Shown here: positions 10,601 through 20,359 of the stretch, one piece after another
How the letters are laid out: every line of letters starts with the position of its first letter
How positions within the stretch are numbered: the stretch's first letter is position 1
Position numbers and translations under genes: made by a program
NCBI GenBank assembly: GCA_024626585.2
Contig: JANKJI020000004.1
Coordinates: 177,697,287-177,717,645, forward strand
Direction: 5' to 3'
Source of the DNA: Ginkgo biloba
Lineage: Eukaryota > Plantae > Ginkgophyta
Length of the DNA stretch: 20,359 bases
The notes under the pieces: model-generated
Database searches by the model: none
Told to the model about the DNA's origin: nothing
The model's input: the letters and a program-made list of their open reading frames with translations, nothing else

Positions 10601-11346
10601 ACAATCATCCATAAAATATCGATCTGGGACTTCATTAACTTACGACGGTGAAGGAGGTAGGAAACCTAACTCCAACAGTCTGTTTAGAAGACAGAAATTC
10701 CTAAACCTATGGTGATCAAGAACTTTATATTCAGAAGAACAAAAATCATTCATCACTTGGTGGAAATACAAACAAGAGCAGAACAACTAAATCTGCAATT
10801 CAACCACTATGAACCTATGTCTTCAAGAATTAAAATTGTAACTAATTATTAAATCCCTAACAGAAATCCTATCTATGGGTACAGCCAATACTTATTAGAG
10901 TCAATAGGGGCCCTTCTGCAAATACTAACAACTTCTGCAATGGTCTTGAATCACCAAAACTATCCANNNNNNNNNNNNNNNNNNNNNNNNNCATCATGTG
11001 GGTTTAACTGTCCACAACTAAACATAATAGTTAGAATTATATTATAATCGTAAAGTATATATAACAGTCTTTCCAGTCATAGACTAACTGGAAAATACAT
11101 TACATACCAGTGACTCATAGTTACTAGTCACCAAGCGACTAGTAAGTACATTTGAACTTAGTCACTAACACATGTCATTTTACATGCATTACAAAATAAA
11201 AAAGACAAAGAGATAAAGTAGAACAGTCAATAAGATTGTTGCTATACTGATCTGATCTTGAAGTCATACCCCTTTTCTCAATAAACTCCAGTGTCATACT
11301 CGCCAAATTATCAAATTATGATAAGTGAAATAGTCACTTATCAACA
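10601..11346 (-). mobile_element. LTR-like fragment with terminus TGTTGATAAGTG (minus strand)
   Basis: Plus strand ends ...cacttatcaACA at 11346 and is A/C-rich, as expected for an antisense LTR. Contains three perfect short inverted repeats. The left end is in an N gap and the orientation is inferred. Confidence 0.45.
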
Positions 11347-11440
11347 ATTATATCATTGATTATCCTCTTAGTTTAATTTCTAATCACTTTCACAACATAT
11401 TTGAAGGCCATTCCTTCATCCTCTTACTAAGTGAATACAT

Positions 11441-11538
11441 CATATATATATGTATTTGTGCATGTGCATGTGCATGTGTGTGTGTTCATATGTACATGTA
11501 TATGTATATGTGTGTGTGTGTGTTTTTGTGTGTGTGTA
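11441..11538. repeat. Compound (TA)n/(TG)n/(CATGTG)n microsatellite
   Basis: Directly visible: catatatatatgtatttgtgcatgtgcatgtgcatgtgtgtgtg...tgtgtgtgta. Confidence 0.92.
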
Positions 11539-11817
11539 TGTTGGGTAATTATGTTTGCCACATATTACTTGGATTTTTAATTATACTTTGAGCTATACTT
11601 TAAGTTAAGTTAAGTTAGTTGTCTTGTTTTAGCTTTAGTTCACTTTAGCTTTATCTTTTATCTTTGTGCTAATTATGGTGATCTTGTGCATGTTGCACAA
11701 ATGTATTTCATAAGATCTATATATTATTGTACCATGATGTATTATGAACTCACTCACATTGTATATTGTACATGATTATTCTTTGTGAACATACAATAAA
11801 TTATTTAGGGGTACACT
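11539..11817 (+). mobile_element. Short LTR of the same family, copy 2 (3' end lost in N gap)
   Basis: TGTTGGGTAATTATGTTTGCCACAT...tactttaagttaagt...tttagctttagtt...cttgtgcatgttg...attattct...gggtacac. These blocks are collinear with the reverse complement of 2168-2434. Confidence 0.75.
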
Positions 11818-13718
11818 NNNNNNNNNNNNNNNNNNNNNNNNNNNNNNNNNNNNNNNNNNNNNNNNNNNNNNNNNNNNNNNNNNNNNNNNNNNNNNNNNNN
11901 NNNNNNNNNNNNNNNNNATAGGACTCATGACATTAAGTTGTGATCCTATTTACAATGAATATGACATGTAAATATTACAAAACAAAAATTAATTCTAACA
12001 AAGAGTTGGACTTTGGAAGGAATAATAATGAGAAAACCATCTCTAATGAACCAAAAACTATAATCTTCCCTATTTTTATAGTTATGGATGTTATGACTAG
12101 TTCCATAAAAAGAATTCCCTTAACATCTCTCTCATAATTTAGGGGAAGAAACTAAGTGGATCCATATGCCTTTTTATTTAAATTTGACATCCTTTGCATG
12201 AGTTATGATTACCTCATAAATACATATAAATTAAAACTCTTCCCATCTAATTTTAAGGGAGGAATATTACATTAATTTATAAGCATGGAGAGGGACTATA
12301 AAATCACATGGAACATGAGGAAAATATTTTTAAAAATGTACTAAGGATACTACAATGATGTTGAATCTAGAGAGGAAATCTTACAATTAAAACAATAGGA
12401 GTTAATAGAGGATTTGTTAAAAATTTGGGTTGCCTCATAAGGAGGTGTCATAAACATGGGCATGAAAAATTCACTTTGAAGACTATATTCTTATCTTAAA
12501 TACAACTTAGTATTTGAATCTAATTATATATTATGTCTATAGGATAAATAACAACTTTCATATTATAGAAAATCAAGGAGTTATGCATGAAATACTCTAG
12601 ATCCTATAAAAAATTGGATGGGAATAAACCTATAGATGAAAAAACATCTCTACCCATTTTATAAATTTACAATGGGATAACTTGCATCACTTTTAACAAG
12701 GAATAATTAAGGAACCTTCTAGTTAGTCTCATGGAGGACATTTTTTGTAAAATTGTAGAATAATTGATGAATCTAGAGATAAAAAGTATGAAGTTATATT
12801 TGTTTATTAAAGGAATAATGGCCATTTTCTATTCTAAATATTGATAAGAATATTTAGGGAATGAATTCAATGTTGAATTTTTGAATAAGATCATACACAC
12901 AAGGATTTCTCAATATTGAAAGAATTAAAGGTTGTTGTTAAGGAAGGGGAGGATGCATTGACATACTTTTTCTACACTCAAATGTAGAAAAGGATAGGAA
13001 GATAAAATTATGGATATAGAGAAGAAACAAAACTTGCGTAATAATTTAGAAATATGCATCAAGGCCCATTAATCCTTTAGGTATATATCAATATAATCCT
13101 TATGGTACTAGTAATTTTCTATATCAAACTCTGCATAATGATTTTAATTAAGGTTATATTTATAGACCTATATATCCAATTTAACCATAATATTATCCTC
13201 GTAGATAACTTGGATAAAAAAATTATCTTTCTCCTCCTTATGGTTATCATTCCTTTTACGTACAACCCTTTTTCCCAATAGATAGTATATCTACTACCCA
13301 TAATCTAGTTCTTATATGTAATACGTACCCACTCATGGTTTATAAATAGCTAGAGAAACTCAACCAAATACCCCTTAAATAATATACAAAGTTATACCAT
13401 TTTTATTACTTGCCTAAGTTGTTCCCAATGCTAAATGAGACATAAACCAATAGTATGTTATATATATATTATTGATGTTAATGGGAATTTTGATTGGAAA
13501 ACTACTTATACATAGGCTACCACATCTCATGATACTATTATGCAATTAAATTCCAGAGTGAGATTACATTTAAAAAATATATATTAGAAGGACTACCCAT
13601 GGAGAATAGAAATAATTAGAGCATTATGATTATTGAAGAACATAAAGATAATACTAATTTAAATGTATAGCCTTCTCCTTCTCCTTTTTCAACCCTTGTA
13701 TAAAAAAAATCCACTATA

Positions 13719-14330
13719 CCATTTTTCCAAAGATTAAATAAGCTAAGGGTGACTAAGGATGACTATCATTAGAGAATGTTTTTATTTTCATTCCTCTCAC
13801 GAAAGTTGTTAAGGATACACTAATTTATACATAACAATTATGGGAATTATTGGTGCATGAAAATGAGGAAATACTTGACCAAGATAAAAGTAGTTATAGG
13901 CACATATAACATAATTTTCGATAAGAAACTTATCTAAGAATATAGAAACCTTGAGGCTCTATTGGTTAATATAGCAATTTACAAAGATAAAATCCCTAAA
14001 GTGCTTATTGATTTGGGTGATTCCATAAATATGGTGACAATAAAAATTGAAATAACTTAGCCTTAAGGAATTTCATAAGACTCATACATTATTATAAATT
14101 ATATATTAGTAAATAATGTAGCCAAAGGATATTATTAACAATGTTATAACATTTATATCCAATTGGGAATGCCTAGTTCATTTTGTATTATTGAAATATA
14201 TAAAGGATCTCAGAGTATATCCCATTATAGATACCTTAGTTGGAAATTATAAATTCCATAATTACTTATAAGATAGGGAACATGTCCATTATATATGACA
14301 TGAACTAGCAATATTTGACTTAATTTTGAG
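13719..14330 (+). mobile_element. Heavily decayed non-chromoviral Ty3/Gypsy (Athila/Tat-like) gag-protease region
   Basis: PFFQRL (13719). IFIPLTKVVKDTLIYT. LLVNIAIYKDKIPKVLIDLGDSINMVT (aspartic protease motif, catalytic-position D at 14010-14012). SNWECLVHFVLL. IPL*IP*LEIINSIITYKIGNMSI (cf. PLILGRPWLAT...GNMTI). Upstream 11918-13700 is probably LTR/gag of the same element but too decayed to read. Confidence 0.8.
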
Positions 14331-14690
14331 TTGTAGAACTAGTTATACCTACTCACAATGACCAAGCAAAATGGGTGGAATCATATGAAGACTTGGAAGG
14401 GGATGATAATGGTTATCAATTCCTTATACACAAGTGGAACAAAAAAGATGATGATCATATCTATCAAACTCCATGGATGTGTATGATACATTCAAGAAAG
14501 GTGATGAGGATGATGGAATTTATAGATATTTGTGGGAATATAGTCTTTATTTTTTATAGGATTTTAAAATTTCATTGCCTATCTAGAAAANNNNNNNNNN
14601 NNNNNNNNNNNNNNNNNNNNNNNNNNNNNNNNNNNNNNNNNNNNNNNNNNNNNNNNNNNNNNNNNNNNNNNNNNNNNNNNNNNNNNNNNN

Positions 14691-15085
14691 TTATGCTGTC
14701 AGTGTGAAGGTTATTTGTGTAAATTCACTATCATCTTGCCTATACATATTTTCTATAATCTTACACAATCTAGAATTATATAACTTCATGTATTGTAGGA
14801 ATTCAAAAAAGAGGTTTTGATTTGTACTTAGTTGATCTAATAACAACAAAAAATATGGCATGATTTTTATTTATAATGAAAACATTTCCAACCAAGAGAT
14901 GGGGCCTTATTGTGTAATTCCACATATAATGATTTTCTTAATAAATTCCATGTTTTTAGGTTTGTTGTATGGAGCTTAATGAAGAAAAGGATGTATTTAT
15001 AATGGAGTAGTCAAGTTGCAACTATTAATAGAATTCAATAAAAAAACAATTCTAATGGATATCCTTTGAATCTATATCAAAAGTT
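14691..15085 (+). mobile_element. Integrase C-terminal remnant, Athila/Tat-like Gypsy
   Basis: QQKIWHDFYL**KHFQPRDGALLCNSTYNDFLNKFH (cf. K.WHD..I..K.F..GD.ALLYDSR.K.F.GK), then NGVVKL and NGYPLNLYQK (cf. VNGHRLKLY). Confidence 0.72.
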
Positions 15086-15116
15086 TGTCAATTTTTAGCA
15101 TTTTTTTAAGAAATAG

Positions 15117-15620
15117 ATTCATATATTCATTTGTGCATTAGTACCTTGGGTTATAAATTAGTAGAATATTGGTCAATCCTATTTTTTAATTTTTATCATC
15201 TTCAAGATTAAAATTCCCTAGAAATATTTAGAGAGATATAAGAACCATTCATATTGGAAATAATGGTGCAAGATTCTTCAAAAAATCTCAATGTTAGATC
15301 AAGGGGCAATTCATTCTTCATTTTTTTAAAAGTGCTAATGAGGAGATATGTTAAAAATCTATATGCATATAAAATCTTCATCTATTGATATAGATCATGT
15401 AAAATGGAAAATCGAACAATGAGAAGGGGCATCTTATATTATATATGGAGAAGTGGATTTAATTTCATTAAAATACATCATGTTAGAAGGATTTGATGCA
15501 TGTTGTCAATCACCAACAAAACCTTGGTTGTATTAGCATGCTGTAAATACTATATAGAAAATATATTTACAAGATGATTTATAGAATATGTAGGAAAACA
15601 ATATCATAAGTATTATCCTA
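15117..15620 (+). pseudogene. Fossil extra ORF of unknown function 3' of integrase
   Basis: With two frameshifts reads IHIFICALVPWVIN**NIGQSYFL / SSSRLKFPRNI*RDIRTIHIGNNGARFFKKSQC*IKGQFILHFFKSAN / GDMLKIYMHIKSSSIDIDHVKWKIEQ*EGASYIIYGEVDLISLKYIMLEGFDACCQSPTKPWLY*HAV. No family I can name. Confidence 0.5.
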
Positions 15621-16011
15621 CTTTAGAGGGCATATGTGTGTGTATTCCTTTATATGAAAAAAAACTAAAAATAAAAATCCTTGAGAATATTTAAGGATTT
15701 TTTTTTTTAGTTACTCTCACCTCTTCATGTCACTTAAAATTATTTTTACGATTTTAAAATTACCTATATAACTCCTACATATGGCCTTATTTTTATGTTC
15801 CTACCCTCAAAGAACCTAGAAGTAGTTGTACTGACTGCCTACCTTTTTTGTCAAATTATACCCCTAAAAGGGAGGGTCACTAAAGTTTCTTGTAAAAATG
15901 ATGTGATAAATNNNNNNNNNNNNNNNNNNNNNNNNNNNNNNNNNNNNNNNNNNNNNNNNNNNNNNNNNNNNNNNNNNNNNNNNNNNNNNNNNNNNNNNNN
16001 NNNNNNNNNNN

Positions 16012-16564
16012 ACAAACCCATGAAATGCAATCCCTATTGTTCAAAAACTTTCTAGGGAAGTTTTGGGTGAAGTGGCATCCAATCATTCTATAAGGTCCTT
16101 ATAGTTTACTAATATATGTCTCATTCCTCCATAAAATATCTATTCTCATAAAAAAGAGAAGGCCACCATAATCCCGCCATAAAAAAATTGTAAGTTATGG
16201 CATCTGGACCAATATTCCCTATATTGGGACCTACATGGGATTATTTGATAATTCCTTATATTTATTTAGGAATGACACATCTTTATAAAATCTAATTGGG
16301 ATCCATATTATAAATTAATTCTCTAATTAACTAGAATGGTCAGTCCTTTCTAGCCAATTCTCTTTGTTGAGATACTAACATATCCTTAAGAAATGTTCTA
16401 GTAGATAAACAATTAATCATGCATTTATACCATTATAGGACTATATAAATATAAAATAGTTGATGGGGTTTAGGAAGTTTGTTTTAACTATTCAACCCCT
16501 TAAAGGTTGGCTCTAAGGTAGTTGATGTAAACCATGGTGAGATAAATTTTCTAGAATTCTACAA
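16012..16564 (-). mobile_element. Decayed Athila/Tat-like integrase N-terminus (Zn-finger to start of core), antisense
   Basis: Minus strand: WYKCMINCLSTRTF..RELARKD*PF*LI..IYNMDPN*IL*RCVIP..SHVGPNIGNIGPDAITYNFFMAGLWWPSLF..MPLHPKLP*KVFEQ*GLHFMG. This matches LY..GPD.ILRRCV...H.GP.GGHFG...AGLWWPTLF...MPL.P....FEKWG.DF.GP. Confidence 0.82.
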
Positions 16565-16606
16565 NNNNNNNNNNNNNNNNNNNNNNNNNNNNNNNNNNNN
16601 NNNNNN

Positions 16607-17429
16607 GGTCCTATTCAATCTGAGCTAAGAGAATATAATCCCATCACTTCCATGATTTTTGATACTATGATCTTTCCTACTCAGGAATATAATGAGATAG
16701 AAGAGGATATGGATGAGGTACAAGCCTTTTAGTAGTACTCGATGAGTGTATATCCATTAAGAAATAGAATCAGAGAGACTAACACTATATCCACACCACC
16801 TGATAACATGCAAACTCCTTTGAACCCCACAACCAACAACAATCCTCCTCCCTCAAAGGAAAGGGCTATCGCTACTACTCTTGAAGTAATAGCACCACGA
16901 AAGAGGAGGTTACAATATTGTTGAAGATATGAAGAAGATAAAAGAAAACATCATAATACATGAGCTCACCCAAATGAGTACACAGAGGGATTTTCTACTC
17001 AAGTCCTTCAATGAAGAGGTACCTTTCCTAAGGTAGAAAGGGATGGTTCATATAAATGTAATGATTTATAGGGGAATATTGAGGTTCCTCCCTTCCTATT
17101 AACTATGAGGATCTTCAGGAAGAATCTACAAAACTACCTAGTCAATTTGGGTGCTTTAGAAAATGTTATACCAATAGGAATTTATAAGAAACTAGGATTG
17201 ACCCCCATCATATTTGATAAAAGAGTAGTCCAGTTGGACAAGTCTAAAGTTATAGTTATGGGAGAAATTCTAAATGTGCATATGCAATTAGCTTCAAATC
17301 CAAGGGTTCAAAATTCCATTAACATCCAAGTGGTGGATATCTTGAATGCCTATGGCATGTTGTTGAGAGAGATTAGTCAAAATCCCTTAATGGGTATATG
17401 ACTACTAACTTCTTTCATATATGGATACC
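16607..17429 (+). mobile_element. Gag-protease fragment of a second non-chromoviral Ty3/Gypsy family (Tat/Ogre-like)
   Basis: GGYNIVEDMKKIKENIIIHELTQM..RDFLLKSFN (~16910-17010). VPPFLLTMRIFRKNLQNYLVNLGALENVIP...QLDKSKVIVMGEILNVHMQLASNPRVQNSINIQVVDILNAYGMLL (ORF 17105-17401). LVNLGA corresponds to the protease LVDSGA motif with the catalytic D changed to N. Confidence 0.82.
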
Positions 17430-17851
17430 NNNNNNNNNNNNNNNNNNNNNNNNNNNNNNNNNNNNNNNNNNNNNNNNNNNNNNNNNNNNNNNNNNNNNNN
17501 NNNNNNNNNNNNNNNNNNNNNNNNNNNNNCATATGATCAAGATCTGTGTTGAGTTCTATATGTATGTGTCATAGACAGATACCTGAAAATTTGGCCATAA
17601 GAGATCTGGCCATAGATACATAGGCCTATAGTTTTGGATGTACAACTTCCCATAATTGGTTGAGTTGATTGACCATGAGAAAAGAATCTGTGAAGAGGTC
17701 AATTTAAGGAGGTTGGAATGCAAGGGAATCTATGAGGGAGCCAATGACTGCAGCATATTCAACAATATTATTGGTAGAATGAGGCAGAAAAAGATTGACG
17801 CTAATCAAGTCATCTCCTGAGTAGGTCTTAATGATATAGGAAGTTGTTGAA

Positions 17852-18029
17852 GGGCCATTGCTTTCATATATAAATATGATTACAGGTTCATTAAGCACTA
17901 GTTGAGCCATCAATCGATCCTAAGAGGTTGTCTGAGGTTTCACCTATTGACTCCATTTGTAAATATGATTAAAGGTTTGTTAAGCATTGCTCAAGCCATC
18001 AATCAATCCCAAGAGATTGTCTAAGGTTT
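17852..18029. repeat. Tandem duplication, two diverged 89-bp units
   Basis: taaatatgattacaggttcattaagcactagttgagccatcaatcgatcctaagaggttgtctgaggttt (17871-17940) vs taaatatgattaaaggtttgttaagcattgctcaagccatcaatcaatcccaagagattgtctaaggttt (17960-18029). Confidence 0.85.
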
Positions 18030-18903
18030 AGAGAGAATGTACCATTCTAAAAGTTTAGTGGTATTTATAGAATATATCACCCATTGGTCATATCGTCTTC
18101 AAGCCTAAGCTCAACTAGCTTGTTTTATATTTTTCCCTATTTTGGAGTTTTAAGACCTCAAGGGTAATAGTGATGAAGGAAGTACTACACTGGGTATCTA
18201 TTGGGATTTAATTTAACCCTATATTTATTTGTATTATACTATGATATCCTTTATCCTACTCCAAAACTAATCATACTAGGGATATGCTATTTATAGAGAT
18301 GATAACATTTACAAAGTACAAAAACTCAACCTAGGCAATGTAGGGAAGAGGAACTTGAGAACTGTCTAAATCCACTAATAGTATAAAATAAAAAAATAAT
18401 AATATTATTATCAAAGGATAAGGAGGAATTTTATGAACCAGAGTACTACACTTTTAATGATGCAACCATTTAGTAAATAAGTTTAAATTAGCTTCTTGTA
18501 GAATGGGTGAGAAGGACATCAATAATTCAATGGCCACCCTTCATAAAGGTATTACCAATAATATCTCTTCCTAAAAACACACCCATAGACAATTTATATT
18601 AATTTCTAGAATTAACAGGATTCATAAGTCTTACACTCTGATAATTTGAAGGGTACATAGTATTTTTAGGTGAGGTCTCGAAGGCTAGTCATTAGCTGGA
18701 TATTTTATTGGACAAAATATAGAGGAATAAGTGGATTTGTATTCTATCCCTCAATCAACCCTATGACATAAAATGGGAGGCATAAATAGGGAGGGGTAGG
18801 ATGNNNNNNNNNNNNNNNNNNNNNNNNNNNNNNNNNNNNNNNNNNNNNNNNNNNNNNNNNNNNNNNNNNNNNNNNNNNNNNNNNNNNNNNNNNNNNNNNN
18901 NNN

Positions 18904-19745
18904 TCTTTGATGGGTATATGATAAGTGGTATTCCAACATTCTGGGGATGAGTATATAATTATATCACTAACATCTTAGATGGGAATATGTACCTAAGACT
19001 AACAAGTCTCCACTCAGACTGAGCGATGCATCTTGGTCCTTAGGGTTCTATAGATTTCCTACCTTTTCATTAGTTTTTTTGACCTTTCTTTTTCACCCTG
19101 AGAGGTGAGGGAAGTGCTTCCCCCTCATTTTCTTATATGTCCCAATCACCTTGTTAAATATCCAAGTCATGTGTTATTATTACAAGTAATTCTTCATTTG
19201 AATTATATTTTATTATAATTTTGAAAGGAACACTAATTTATCACTTAAATAATAAGTTCACTTAATAATAATGCCTTTGTTCATCTATTGATTAATTCCC
19301 TTTAGGATTTATTTGGCTTATTATTATTTTTTGGCTTATTTATTTTCCCTTAATTGGCCTTTTGATGTACACCTTGAAATAATTTACTTCTCATCTAATT
19401 GCTCAAAATAGCTCACCCACTTTTTCCATCCCAATGACTTATTTACCTACAAGTCCATCATAGGCCTTTACATCATCCCATTTAATTTTTTAAGCATTTG
19501 AGAGGTTGATCACCTGACACAATGGTTCAAATTATTCATGTTGGTTGTAGAGCCTCTTCTAGACATGATTCACCTATTATTGAATCTATACCTAAAGGTT
19601 ATGATTCTCCCCTTGCTCCTTCTTCATAATCCTTATGATAAGGGTCATCCTCCCTTATTTATACTAGAAGTTTATATGCTCATTTAGGGTCAACTCATTT
19701 AATTCTTGGATAACCTCCTTTATTATAAGGGAGTACTACACCCCC
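18904..19745 (-). mobile_element. Probable Gypsy 3' LTR (5' portion) with PPT, antisense
   Basis: On the minus strand GGGGG (19741-19745) is directly followed by TGTAGTACTCCC (from 19740). A TATA-like GTATAAATA lies at ~19656-19664. The left extent is unknown and may reach 17530. Confidence 0.5.
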
Positions 19746-20359
19746 AATGACCGTTATAGTTGTCCCTATAAGAGAATAATCTCCTTATAGAGAATACTTC
19801 TATACTAAGGTGAGAATGTATAAGGAAATATTCTCTCAGACCATTTCTTCCCCTCTAAATAGGTCTTAATTATCACCCATTAGGATAAGGTAAGTCCCAT
19901 ATATTTAGTCACCAAGAGGCCTATTGGTGTCTTTTGTTTCAAAATCTAGTAATCCCTCATAGGAAGAGTCTTCCTTAAATCTAATTAATCCTAATAGGTC
20001 CTGTAATGATCCATTTACAAAAGAATAATTGATATAAGATTAGTTGTCAAGATTAGCTCTCACATAATATCTTAACCCTTCTCACAACCAAGAATTTATT
20101 GTGAATAAACCATCTGTACCAATGGACAACACATATAGCCTACCCATATACCAATGATCATAATAGATGCCTTAAGGGTTCATGTATAGTCCATTTTAAT
20201 AACCAATATACACATCATAATATCAAAATATACCATTGAAATAAACTCATCCTATATCTCCTCTATAAACTCAATATCAACCATCTTAAGAGGTACTAGT
20301 TCAACCATATTAATCATCCAATAGAAACCATCCTTTATGACCTCTAGTTCTTTTAAAGT

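Noticed and set aside
12421-12445. Possible PBS (tttgggttgcctc) for the + strand Gypsy element
   Set aside because: Too degenerate to assign to a tRNA, and no clear preceding LTR end.
14880-15000. Possible plant mobile domain (WG..LLQ.W-like words)
   Set aside because: A different frame gives a much better match to the Gypsy integrase C-terminus.
1-20359. A novel multi-gene biological system, or RNA genes
   Set aside because: Everything interpretable is one conserved host gene end plus decayed retrotransposons. I recognised no intact novel ORF, tRNA, rRNA or operon-like structure.

Overview
AT-rich eukaryotic land-plant nuclear DNA from a gappy draft assembly (17 N-runs by my count, 8 of them exactly 100 N). 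The very long TE-filled intron, the retroelement types and the CG/CHG depletion suggest a gymnosperm, which is inference. The only host gene I can support is the 3' end of exportin-7 (XPO7/RanBP16 family) on the + strand: a 39-nt exon (7519-7557), a 257-nt GT-AG intron, the terminal coding exon (7815-7952, ...RNRDKFTQNLTIFRHEFRVK*) and its 3' UTR. The supplied ORF track misses it. Positions 1-7518 are probably one long intron of this gene, carrying an antisense decayed chromoviral Ty3/Gypsy element (PBS-Met, gag-like frame, RT/RNaseH remnants, HHCC-core-GPF integrase, chromodomain) and a short LTR. Downstream (~9-20 kb) is decayed retroelement sequence: non-chromoviral Ty3/Gypsy (Athila/Tat-like) protease and integrase fragments on both strands, LTR-like pieces and a second, inverted copy of the short LTR. 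I found no convincing new multi-gene system. The best novelty candidate is a fossil extra ORF of unknown function just 3' of a Gypsy integrase (~15117-15620). Most ORFs in the track are spurious or inflated by N.
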